Assembly (NCBI GenBank): GCA_964016885.1
Contig: OZ024741.1
Location: 379,626,001 to 379,690,000, forward strand
Reading direction: 5' to 3'
Length of the DNA stretch: 64,000 bases
Origin: Eledone cirrhosa
Taxonomy: Eukaryota
The position numbers were made by a program, and so were the translations under genes. The notes under the pieces are model-generated. The model was given only the letters and a program-made list of their open reading frames with translations, made no database searches and had not been told where the DNA came from. Below are positions 14,201 through 28,369 of this stretch, piece by piece (the stretch's first letter is position 1; each line of letters begins with the position of its first letter).

Positions 14201-16149
14201 CATTCAGATCATTGTCTGCTTCGGATGGTTCCTCCGTTCTTTCAACCTCTTCACCTTCATTTTTCCACTGGCTGATTTGCCTGGCATACTCCACTCTCCA
14301 TTTCCAACCTAATCTCTCTGCTCAGTTCCTCCAGTTCCAGCTCGCGTATCCACCCATTAGTTCTTATTACCCGAGCCTGCCCGGCCAATTTTTGTTAATC
14401 TAATTTAAATAGACCAATCTCGTTCCAGATGTTATGCATCCGTTTCCTATAGCCTTTTTCATTGGGTTACTCTTCAGGTAACATTGCATAACAGTTCTAT
14501 TCAAATATTTCGTCCAGTTGGTTCTGGTCCCTTTCCTTATACTTCCTCCGACACCAGCAGTATTTGGTTGACAGCCAGGTCCCTGCTGCTGAGCCAGGGA
14601 GTGCCTGCTGGGTGAGAGTCTGTCACATGACATTCTAGTCTCCACTTCACCGTTATTCGAACTGTTTAGGTTCGACATTTAAATACTCTTATCGAGGATT
14701 GGTGAATGTATGGTTACATAACCACCGGTGATTTCCTCACATCCGGTGATTTCGTCACATCCGGTGATTTCATCACTCCCGGTGATTTTTGTGTTGCACT
14801 ATCACGCAGTAGACGAACATAAATAAACAAACAAACAAACAGGCAAGACAAAAAAAAATAAGCATAAGTTTCATTGTAATGTAATGTATGAATGTCTGAC
14901 TTAATGTTTCCCTTCCCTTCTCTGTCCGTCTGATTTTTTTTTCTCTTCATTTTTCTTTTCTTTACCTTTTCAGTTGTTGCTGTGCTGCTTTGATTTTGAT
15001 TTTTGGTTTCTTGATTTTTTGACCGGGTCATCAAATCAGTCTATTTATATATGTTGATGCCTTCCTCTTTTAAAGTGCGGATACTGCGATGCAAGTCTTA
15101 GCAGGAGGTAGTGGGAGAGAATAGCGGCTGTAGTGATAATGAGGCAGTGGTGGTGGTGGTGGTGCTGTGCTAGTAGCATTTAGCAGGAGGTAGTGGGATA
15201 GAATAGCGGCGGTAGCGATAATGATGCAGTGGTGGTGGTGATGTGATCGTAGTACTGTAGTGATGGTGTTGAAGTTGAAGAAGAAATAGAAGTTGAGGTA
15301 ACTTGACTAGAGTTTTTAGCGTGGTAGTGGTGGTTGTGCTGGTGGTGAAATTATCTTCTCTGTCCACTTAGCCATTTAGCTATTTGACTATTTAGCCATT
15401 TTGCCATTTTCCTCTTTTTAGACTATAATATTCCTGATCCAAAATTAAATATTAATATTGGCTAGTGATACCGCCACCTTCCCCTTTCGTAAGTTAACAG
15501 AAGGTAATGGGGGAATAGTTTGTGGTAACAATGAAGGAGTGGTGGCGGCGGTGATGGGATAGTGGTAGCAATGATGGATGGAGTGGTGGCGGCGGTGACT
15601 ATAGTGATGGCGTTGTCGTTACTGAGTTTTGTTGAATAGACTGTAGTTTGTTTGATCGGCGTACATATGCGGTTTGTCGCGTATGTTTAATATATGTGTT
15701 GACATATTTTCTTAATATTGGAATTAAACATTTTGTGAAAAGTTGAGACAATAATAATAGTGATTATTATTATTATGCTGGGATTGGTGGTGGTGGTGGT
15801 GAAATTGCCGTTATCTGGCTGTTGTATTTAGTGTACACAGAGGGGTGATGGGATAGGTGGTGTATCTAGTTTGTGGTGTTGGTGAAATTGCTGTTATTTG
15901 GCTGTTCTATATAGTGTAGACAGAGGGGGTTTTCTTCCATTTATAACAATTTTCTTTTTTGAATATAATATGTATAATACAAAATTAAATATTTGAGCGA
16001 TATAACAGGATATTATGTATCCGAATTTTCTGAGAGTTGAGTCTGGTGCTTTATGTATCATTTGTACTAAGAATTGTTATTTCACAATTGATTTAAATAT
16101 GTTAAAAATCAAAAAATTACGGGAGCGATTTCATGACCTTCTATCCATA

Positions 16150-16152
<3 letters not shown>
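11290..16152 (-). mobile_element. Dong/R4-clade copy C, decayed, probably full length
   Basis: Fragments from ATG 14678 to stop 11361: [56 protein letters not shown]. Bounded by (TTA)n at 11208-11286 and 16154-16208. Confidence 0.8.
14725..14790. repeat. 18-bp tandem repeat (CCGGTGATTT core x4) just upstream of the Dong ORF
   Basis: Units start at 14725, 14743, 14761 and 14779; three units occur at the equivalent place in copy B (~9970-10015). Confidence 0.85.
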
Positions 16153-16208
<56 letters not shown>

Positions 16209-16552
16209 GGCGACCTACGTAGTAAATCGTATCATCGTGAGCTCCGCAAATGTTTGTTATTTTCAGTTGTTTAAAATTGCCATTTATGGAAAATTGTTAT
16301 TGTTAACTGTATAAAAGTGCACATACATTGTTATCTGAAAATGACACCCAAAAAGATTGGGGCCTTGAGCCCAAAATTTAAACTTTTATAATTATCAAAC
16401 AAACATTTTTCTTTAAAAATTCATGGACAAACTAACACCTCACACCGACACCACCATTGTAAATATTACTACGTTTGCCAACACTAAAAATATAAGCAGT
16501 AGCAATATTTTAAATTCGTCTCATTACCAATGTTTTAAATTCGCCATTACCA

Positions 16553-19350
16553 ATGACTGCAGGTGCTAAAGCCGCCACCACTACCACCACCGCGACAATC
16601 AACACCCCACCACCACCGCGACAACAGAAACAAAAGAAAAACAAATTAACTCGTGATATCGAAATGATTTCAACCAAAATGAACTCTTCCACACCGAACA
16701 CCACTTACGCCACCACCACCACAACTGAAATTAAAATTAACAATAACAAAAATAACGATAACAGCAACAACGAAATTAAGAAAACCACCCTGAGTTTTGC
16801 CAGAGTAGCAAAACAGTGCGAAGCATTCCAGGTAACACAGTAGGAATTAGAAGAAGCCCAAAACAAGGTAAAGATTGGTACAGCGTCAGCATCACACACC
16901 TAATAAAATGGAGCATCGGCGTCTATGCACCGTGTCTTATCGGACGATTAGCATAAAATCGCGACGAGTGGAACGGGCATCCGAGTCCCAAATCCAAAAA
17001 GCTTTGGGACATGTGTGGGCAAAGAAAAGCCAGATCAGACGTGGGCATAAATATAGAACCGTGCACGAGTTCTTTGACACACCACAAGAGGCCAGAGAAC
17101 ACTCCATGGCCCCATTAAGATGTGACGACTTCACACTCGTCCCAAGCTATTGTGGCCTGAGACTCGTGAATATCAGGTTGACCCACGTTCCACCAGCCAT
17201 CGATATTCCCTGGCTAATAGCTGCCGTCCTCGCCGGCATCGAAGCCAACACCAAGATAATCGAAATAGCGAAAGAAAAGCAGGAGAACTGGTCCAGATCT
17301 GGGATGGAGCTCCTGATCCAAGCGGACCATAAAAGCATTGAGGAGATCCCAGAGGTAATAGACCTCACTGACGGCAACCACCTCACCGTAATCGTCGAAG
17401 GCAGAAGGCCAAGGTGTGTCGTTTGTGGTGAAGGAACCCACATAAGGGCTTTCTGCCCTCAGGCTAAAAGGTTGATGCCACCTCTCTTACCCACTCCAGT
17501 GACTCAACCATCACCACTACCAGCAGCAGAGATGGCAGCAACAACTGTAGCAGCAATAACCCCAGCAACAGTAACAGCCACAATCCCAGCAACAGTAGCA
17601 AAACCAACACCACCACCACCCAACGCGCCAGAACTAGCACCAGCGCCTACACCACAAAAGTCAACAAAAAGCGAAACAGAAACAAACCGACAACAAACGC
17701 AAACACAACAAAAGAACCGAAACGATACAAACTACACAGCATTAAATTTGAATTTGCCTTTCATCCTGACGGGGTCGATAAAATAAAGTACCAGTAATGT
17801 ACTGGGTAATTTCTGGCATTGTACCTAAAGTAGAAACAATTACATTTGAGCAACAACCAATTATTACACTACATCCAACACAACACCAGCATCACAGAAA
17901 AAGAATATACAACATCCCAAAAGTTCACTCCACCTCGACACATACAAATCACTCGCATCACAGACAAAACGTACACGACACTAAAACAAAAATTCCCTAA
18001 AGACATCGGAGACTTCCGACAAACACTCTCCAGGAGGATTTATAAGGACATCCTTCCGGAGGAGGCCACAAGCAGTGAAAAGGATAGACAAACTATCCTT
18101 CCATTACGAGAAGTAAGGTAAGTGGTATTTCTCATCTTTTCCACTCCCTTTCAACATGACCTCACTCAGAATAGGCAGCATAAATGCGCGCGGATTGGGG
18201 TTGACATGGAAGCAGGGCCACCTGCTCAACGACCTCAGGTCACTAAACATAGATGTAGTGGCCATCAGTGAGACCAGAATCTCCGAAGCAAGGGCCTTCG
18301 CACCGATCTTCGGCGGCTAAGATGTGTACGCATCTCCCAGCCTTTCTGGATCGGGGGAAGGAGTTGCTGTGCTTTTTCGGAGAGGTTTGGTTCTCGCCAT
18401 ACGCGCTATCTTCCTGGACCCAGAAGGTAAGTTGGTGGTGCTGGACGGGACCAGCTTAGAAGGGCAAGCTTTCAGGCTAGTGGCCGTCTATGCCCCGACA
18501 GGAGCAGGGCAGCCTGATTTCTTCCGGCGTCTGGAGACCTTTCTAGGAACGTCCCGCTCTTTAGTGTTAGTGGGCGACAGGAACGGGATCTTAGATGCAC
18601 GCTGGGATTGTGGGATTAGCGGATAGGGGAGAAGGGTGCAACAGCCTCACCAACCTTCTCAGGCGTTTTGAACTGTCTGACAAGTACCGATTGAATTTCC
18701 TGAATGTGCCAACGTGGATTTGGAGAAATCGCATAGGGTCATCCAGATCATATCTAGATAGAGTATTTTGTAGGGAAATAGATAGGTCTAGCATAAGCTG
18801 TCCACAATTCAAGATAGTCAGCTACACGGACCACAAATGGTCTGTGTGCTTGACTTAGATAGGCTTCATAGAGGAGGACCCGGCTGCTGGAAGCTAAACG
18901 CGTCCTTACCAGCGCGCAAGGCCTACAGAGACCAGATTAACGAACTAGTTAAGCGGGCGTTGCCGAGGGCCATCGTCAACAACAAGTGGTGGTTTGCTCT
19001 GAAAAGAGCGATTAGAATAGAGTCCATTAGGTTTAGTAAAGCTTTAGCTATACAGAAAAATAGAGCAGAGGAAGAATTAGTTAGAAAATTAGACGAGGCG
19101 CTGAGCAAAGGCATCGCGACCGACGAACTTGCGGCGAAATTGGCCCTTGACCAATTATTCAATGCAAAGCTCGAAGGCTGCGTTGGCCAAGGTGCTAGAA
19201 AAGGGATGGCGCTTGTCGTTGGTGGTCTGGTGGAAGAGGCGCAGACATGCGCCATTCCCGACAGATCCATCCACGACAACCTCACCTCATGCGATAAATC
19301 GTAGAGAGGGTAGCTAGGGAACCTGGCACGGGTGGGTCCTTGATCAAATA
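16553..19350 (+). mobile_element. L1/Tx1-clade LINE, decayed (ORF1 with zinc knuckle; ORF2 APE endonuclease and RT scraps)
   Basis: ORF1 contains CVVCGEGTHIRAFC. ORF2 starts at ATG 18156 (MTSLRIGSINARGL) with VAVYAP, GDRN, YLDRVF, TDH and WKLN, then AQTCAIPDRSIHDNL. Multiple frameshifts and deletions. Confidence 0.85.
17752..17837 (+). mobile_element. 5'-truncated SINE inserted in Tx1 ORF1
   Basis: SINE core and 3' end; imperfect 11-bp TSD ATTAAATTTGA (17741-17751) / ATTACATTTGA (17839-17849). Confidence 0.8.
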
Positions 19351-20496
19351 GTTTACTGCTACCCATCCCGACAGTGGCAGTGAGTCGAAAGCCAGAGGGG
19401 ATGGCAGAGTGTTAGTTTTTACAGGTCACAATACTACCTCTCACCAAGCGTGGACAGTACGACTGACCATCAACTCCTAAGAGAAAATAAACTTAATTCT
19501 AGCTATCATAATTTTACATTGGAAGTTATGACCGAGAGTTGGAAATAAATAGGATAAATACCCGGATACAAAAACTAAGATAAACCCCTACTTTCCTGCA
19601 ACAAATCGCATTTGAACAGAAGCCCCCTCAATTCAATCTATACATTGACAAATTGACAATCATATGGATCATTTTGCATATATGTACTCTGTGTTTTTGC
19701 ATTTATTCATTATTGGTTCTTTTCTTTTGTGTACTTTATGTCTGTTTTTCTTTGGTTTCGTTCCATGTGATGGAAATTATGATTGTGTACCAGATTGACT
19801 ACTGCCTTGAATACTGTAGTTGACCCTCCGTTCTAATGTACGACACTATCGTTCAATATGTGGATAGTGTAACTGTGACATTAGAACCCTTCTCAGAACT
19901 TCTTACTTAAACATCTCTCTCCATATTATTTACTCACTTCAATCTATATTTTTTTACTCACCTCAATCCGGATTCTCACTTGAACATTTTTTTAATTTCT
20001 AATTGCTAATTTTTTAATAGTTTAATTTATAATTTCTGATATTTGATTTAGGATTTTAATTTTTATATCCAACTCTCACTCATAACTTCCATTGTAAAAC
20101 CATGATACCTAGAATTAAGTTTATTTTCTCTTAGGAGTTGATGGTCAGTCGTACTGTCCACGCTTGGTGAGAGGTAGTATTGTGACCTGAAAAATTAACT
20201 CTCCCATCCCCGCTGGCTTTCGACTGACTGCCACAGTCGGGATGGGTAGCAGTAAACTATGGTACAGGCCTAAGTGGGTCATTGTTTGGTTGAGAGGGTG
20301 AACTGACTAAGCGAATTTCGTTGAAATCTGCGGTAGCTAATGGTCAACTTCCTTCGGACATGCGCCTGCGCAGACCGGTGGGGGTGAATTGGTACTCACA
20401 GGGGAACGGATGAAGAACCCAAAAGCACACACTTCGTCCGTTCCCATGACGATTCAATTTGGATTGCCTCGGAAACATAACCTTATTATGTAACAA

Positions 20497-20570
20497 GCTG
20501 TCTGATGATGTCACGACACTCGCACGCAGAACAGTGTGGACAGTGTCGTCATTGAAATATATACCACAGC
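20497..20570 (+). ncRNA. Type I hammerhead motif (family b), copy 1
   Basis: gctgt-CTGATGA-long stem II (acgacact/agtgtcgt)-GAAA-tatata-CC-acagc; U16.1 is changed to C. Confidence 0.6.
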
Positions 20571-21791
20571 ATTATTATTAAAGGACTTGAACATCTGAAC
20601 TACTTCGCTTTTCCTGATTGGATATTTACTCCGTGACTCTTATGTGGAAAAAGTACGTTGAGTGCTTGAATTGAATTGCATCAATGTTTACCCTAAGAAT
20701 TTAGATCCGAATAGTTGAGAGCTCTATGATGTAACCTATATGGTGGAGAAGAGAGGAACCAACCATGAGCTACCCCTGAAAATTCCCTCTACCATGGGAT
20801 GGAAACCCCTGACACTGGACGGACATAATAGCAACTTTCGGCTGGATAAATACGCGGAAACAGAAACTGAGATAAACCCCTATTTTCTGCAACAAATCGC
20901 ATTTGAACAGAAGCCCCCTCAATTCAATCTATACATTGACAAATTGACAATCATATGGATCATTTTGCATATATGTACTCTGTGTTTTCACATTTATTCA
21001 TTATTGGTTATTTTCTTTTGTGTACTTTATGTCTGTTTTCCTTTGGTTTTGTTCCATGGGATGGAAATTATGACTGTGTACCAGATTGACTACTGCCTTG
21101 AATACTGTAGTTGACCCACCGTTCTAATGTACGGCACTATCGTTCAATATGTGGATAGTGTAACTGTGACATTAGAACCCCTCTCAGAACTTCTTACTTA
21201 AACATCTCTCTCCATATTATTTACTCACTTCAATCTATATTTTTTTTTACTCACCTCAATCCGGATTCTCATTTGAACAATTTTTTAATTTCTAATTGTT
21301 AATTTTTTAATTGTTTAATTTATAATTTCTGATATTTGATTTAGGATTTTAATTTTTATTTCCAACTCTCACTCATAACTTCCAATGTAAAACGGTGGTA
21401 CCTAGAATTAAGGTTATTTTCTCTTAGGAGTTGATGGTCAGTTGTACTGTCCACGCTTGGTGAGAGGTAGTATTGTGACCTGTAAAAACTAACACTCTCC
21501 CATCCCCTCTGGCTTTCGGCTGACTGCCACAGTCGGGATGGATAGCAGTAAACTATGGTACAGGCCTAAGTGGGTCATTGTTTAGCTGAGAGGGTGAACT
21601 GACTAAGCGAATTTCGTTGAAATCTGCGGTAGCTAATGGTCAATTCCCTCGGACATGCGCCTGCGCAGACCGGTGGGTGTGAATTGGTACTCACAGGGGA
21701 ACGGATGAAGAACCCAAAAGCACACACTTCGTCCGTTCCCATGTCGAATCAACTTGGATTGCCTGGGAAACATAACCTTATTATGTAACAC

Positions 21792-21865
21792 GTTGTCTGG
21801 TGATGTCACGACACTCGCACACAGAACAGTGTGGCCAGTGTCGTCATTGAAATATATATCGTAGC
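21792..21865 (+). ncRNA. Type I hammerhead motif (family b), copy 2
   Basis: gttgt-CTGGTGA-same stem II-GAAA-tatata-TC-gtagc; A6 is changed to G. Confidence 0.55.
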
Positions 21866-21912
21866 AGTTTTATTAAAGGACTTGAACATCTGAAACTACT
21901 TCGCTTTTCCTT

Positions 21913-21965
<53 letters not shown>

Positions 21966-21989
21966 TTTATATAGTTTTAATATAGATGA

Positions 21990-22038
21990 GATTCTACAGT
22001 ACTAGAACTGTTTCATTCATTAGAAATCATCAGGAATC
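21990..22038 (-). ncRNA. Type I hammerhead (family c), canonical core, in the inverted pLTR
   Basis: gattc-CTGATGA-ttc/gaa-GAAA-cagt..actg-TA-gaatc. Confidence 0.8.
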
Positions 22039-22637
22039 TGGGTATCAAAAAATAAATAAATATGGTATTTATAGGTCTCTACAAGTGGTAGGAGAGGGTG
22101 GGGAGTGGGATGGGTGCAGGTCATTGGTTGATAGAAAAGGGAATTCATTAAAAGCTAATTCTACAAAGCTATAGTTTATTTTTATTTATTTATGTTTTTA
22201 GAGTAACAAGGGCAGACAGAATTCTATAAACAGGTTCCGGATGGCATACCATTCCTTGTCATTAAGTTTCTCTTAAGCTAACAGATGTCTATAAAACCAG
22301 TGGGGGGTCAGTCATGGTCGATAGAATTAAAGAAAAGGGAGAATCTTTAAAAGCTAAAATCATTAAGGTTCTACTAAGTGACAAAGGTCGAGAGAATTCT
22401 GCAGACAGATTCAAAATACTGAGTGCATATCTTACTATTATCTTCGAACTTCTCTTAAACTAATCAACTATATGCTAAAAATCAACAGACACATTCACAA
22501 AAAAACAAAAAACACATACTTACTCACACACTTACGCGCAACAATAAACACACACACAAACACATATACACACATAAAAACACACACACATATATAAAAA
22601 AATATATTCATGTACACACACATACATACACACATAC

Positions 22638-22702
<65 letters not shown>

Positions 22703-22902
22703 TATATAAACATATATACACACACATATATATATATATACGCATACACACACACATACACATACATACACACACACACACATATATACACAAATAAATA
22801 CACTCACACGCATACATACAAACACAAATATACATGTGTATACATATACACACAAATACATATAGACATATATACATACACATACACAGACACATATACA
22901 CG

Positions 22903-22985
<83 letters not shown>

Positions 22986-23031
22986 ACACATACATACATA
23001 CACATATATATATACACACACATACGTAGAC

Positions 23032-23080
<49 letters not shown>

Positions 23081-23098
23081 TATACACATATATACATG

Positions 23099-23130
<32 letters not shown>

Positions 23131-24908
23131 AAAAAGGTAGACCCACAGACCTACAATAAGCTGGCAAAAAATACCATCACGACCACCTACAAAAAGGTAA
23201 TAGAGAGGGCACTGACTGAGACAAACGTGACCGGAAATGAAATCGCCAAGTCCCTTAAATTACATGACCGAACCGAACCTTTAGGGTAAAGACCCCGCAC
23301 TTTACCCTGAAGGACCATAAGGGAAATTTCCTCAACAAACCATCAGTCAGACTTATCAACCCCACTCGTTCTGACATCGGCTCTATCAGTAAGAAGATCC
23401 TGGATAGAGTTCTACCATCATTGCGGGCAGCCTCACCACTTCCACTCTGGAGTAGAACATCTGAGGCAATATCATGGTTCCAAGAATTACCCGATAAACA
23501 CCACACTCGCTTCCTGCAACTCGACATAGAAAACTACTATGCCTCTATCTCGGAGCCCCTCCTGAAGGACGCAATTAACTTTGCCAGGAATTTTACCACC
23601 ATTACCGATGCTGAGCAAGTCATTATCCTCCACGCTCGTAAGACCTTTCTATACCACGATGGATCTTACTGGATCAACAAGAAATCTCAGACCCCATTTG
23701 ACGTTAGCATGGGGGCGAGTGACTCGGCTGAAATTAGCGACCTTGTGGGCCTGTACATCCTACATAACCTGAAGAACCTCTTTACCGGCCTAACGGGAGG
23801 TTTATACCGAGACGACGGCCTCTTCGCCCTGCATAAGGTTAGCCCCAGAACCACCGATGGGTTTCGGAAAAACTTAAGCTCTTTCTTCTCTAATCTAGGA
23901 TTTAGTATAACTATAGATTCTAATTTGACTAGGGCCAACTTCTTAGATGTCACTCTCGACCTAGATACTTCCCTCTGTTACCCGTACCACAAACCTAACG
24001 AGTCCCTTAAATATATTAATGTTAATTCAAACCACACCCAAAACATCACTGATGACCTAGTAAAAAGCGTCTCTATTAGAATATCTGGCCTCTCCGCCAA
24101 CAAAGATATTTTTAATGCATCTGCCTCCTACTACAATGACGCCCTAGCCCGTAGCGGATTTAAAGATAGGATAACTTACCTAGAAACCACCGCAAGATTG
24201 CAGAGGAGGAATAGACATAGGCAGATTAGCTGGTACAACCCTCCCTTCAATAGAGAGGTATCTACTCCGATAGCTAGGATTTTCTTCACTTTACTGAAAT
24301 TACACTTCCCCATACAACATAGGTACTACACCATCTTTAATAAGAACACTATAAGACTGTCTTACTCCACCACACCTAACCTAGCTAGGAATATAGCCAA
24401 CCACAACTCTAAACTAAATAAGCCTACCACCTCCGAAACCAATCCCCGGACTGGGGCTCTATGTAATTGCCTAAATAAGGAAGCATGCCCACTTGAAAAC
24501 AAATGCCTCACAAATGACATCGTATACAAATGCGATGTCATCTCAGGCACCGAGGATTGCAAAAAAACTTACATCGGCATGACCTCCAACAACTTTAAGA
24601 CCCGTTGGTATGCCCATACCCACTCCCTCAGAAGACAGGATAAATCAAATCAGACAACACTCGCCTCCTACGTTTGGGACCTCAAAAGGAACTCCACCCC
24701 CTTCACGCTTAATTGGAAAATACTCCAGAGAGCGCGCTCTTACAACGGAGGACACAAGGGCTGCGACCTTTGTATTTCAGAGAGCTACGAAATTTTATTC
24801 GCCAAGGGCCCGCTACTGAACAAACTCTCTGAACACTGCCCGAACTGCATGCACAATAACTTTGCAACTTTCAAACACTTTAAGCCAGTGTTAAAGCCCG
24901 ATGGCTAA
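23131..24908 (+). CDS. Penelope-like RT + GIY-YIG endonuclease (Naiad-like), one frameshift near 23283
   Basis: [46 protein letters not shown]; CNC..CPL...C; [15 protein letters not shown]; C-terminal CDLC..E..LLN..C.H. The clade assignment is tentative. Confidence 0.85.
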
Positions 24909-25079
24909 AAACGACCTCCCCCTATTGGCCCCTATACCTCCTCCCCACCCTACCCCCACCCCTCCTCAACCTGAAATACGGCCACTATGGTTAAGTGAGT
25001 ACCTCTTTCGTATCTACATTTTCTGCCTGTAGAGGTGTCTTTATGTGCCTGCGTATATGCGTATATTTATTGAGTACCT

Positions 25080-27490
<2,411 letters not shown>

Positions 27491-27996
27491 GGTTGCGCGT
27501 AAGAGTGTGAGTAAGTATGTGTTTTTTTGTTTTTTTGTGAATGTGTCTGTTGATTTTTGGCATATAGTTGATTAGTTTAAGAGAAGTTCGAAGATAATAG
27601 TAAGATATGCACTCAGTATTTTGAATCTGTCTGCAGAATTCTCTAGATCTTTGTCACTTAGTAGAACCTTAATGATTTTAGCTTTTAAAGATTCTCCCTT
27701 TTCTTTAATTCTATCGACCATGACTGACCCCCCACTGATTTTATAGACATCTGTTAGCTTAAGAGAAACTTAATGACAAGGAATGGTATGCCATCCGGAA
27801 CCTGTTTATAGAATTCTGTCTGCCCTTGTTACTCTAAAAACATAAATACATAAAAATAAACTATAGCTTTGTAGAATTAGCTTTTAATGAATTCCCTTTT
27901 CTATCAACCAATGACCTGCACCCATCCCACTCCCCACCCTCTCCTACCACTTGTAGAGACCTATAAATACCATATTTATTTATTTTTTGATACCCA

Positions 27997-28045
27997 GATT
28001 CCTGATGATTTCTAATGAATGAAACAGTTCCAGTCCTGTAGAATC
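27997..28045 (+). ncRNA. Type I hammerhead (family c), canonical core, in the 3' pLTR
   Basis: gattc-CTGATGA-tttctaatgaat-GAAA-cag..ctg-TA-gaatc; sense to the PLE ORF. Confidence 0.8.
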
Positions 28046-28139
28046 TCATCTATATTAAAACTTTTATACTCTGCTATGTATTGAGTACCTTACTTACTGT
28101 GGTTACCTCCGATTCAACCCGGAATAACGTATATATATA

Positions 28140-28208
28140 AAGAATATCATTATCACCGACACATCGACATATGATTATATATATACATATATACATACAC
28201 ACACACAT

Positions 28209-28294
<86 letters not shown>

Positions 28295-28363
28295 ATGTGT
28301 GTGTGTATGTATATATGTATATATATAATCATATGTCGATGTGTCGGTGATAATGATATTCTT
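28140..28363. repeat. Perfect inverted repeat centred on (AT)n
   Basis: AAGAATATCATTATCACCGACACATCGACATATG... is mirrored by ...CATATGTCGATGTGTCGGTGATAATGATATTCTT. Confidence 0.9.
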
Positions 28364-28369
28364 TTACTA

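Larger units (their letters stand above)
19351..21912 (+). mobile_element. Non-coding PLE-type element: inverted partial pLTR plus two ~1.29-kb-period direct repeats, each with an HHR motif
   Basis: 19351-19508 is the reverse complement of ~20102-20258. 19574-20612 is repeated at 20865-21910. Confidence 0.7.

Noticed and set aside
14725-14790. CRISPR-like repeat-spacer array
   Set aside because: A 10-bp core with 8-bp variable parts is far too short, the context is eukaryotic, and there are no cas genes.
23131-24908. Selenocysteine recoding as reported for some Naiad PLEs
   Set aside because: The conserved Cys positions use TGT/TGC, and there is no in-frame TGA in the 495-codon ORF.
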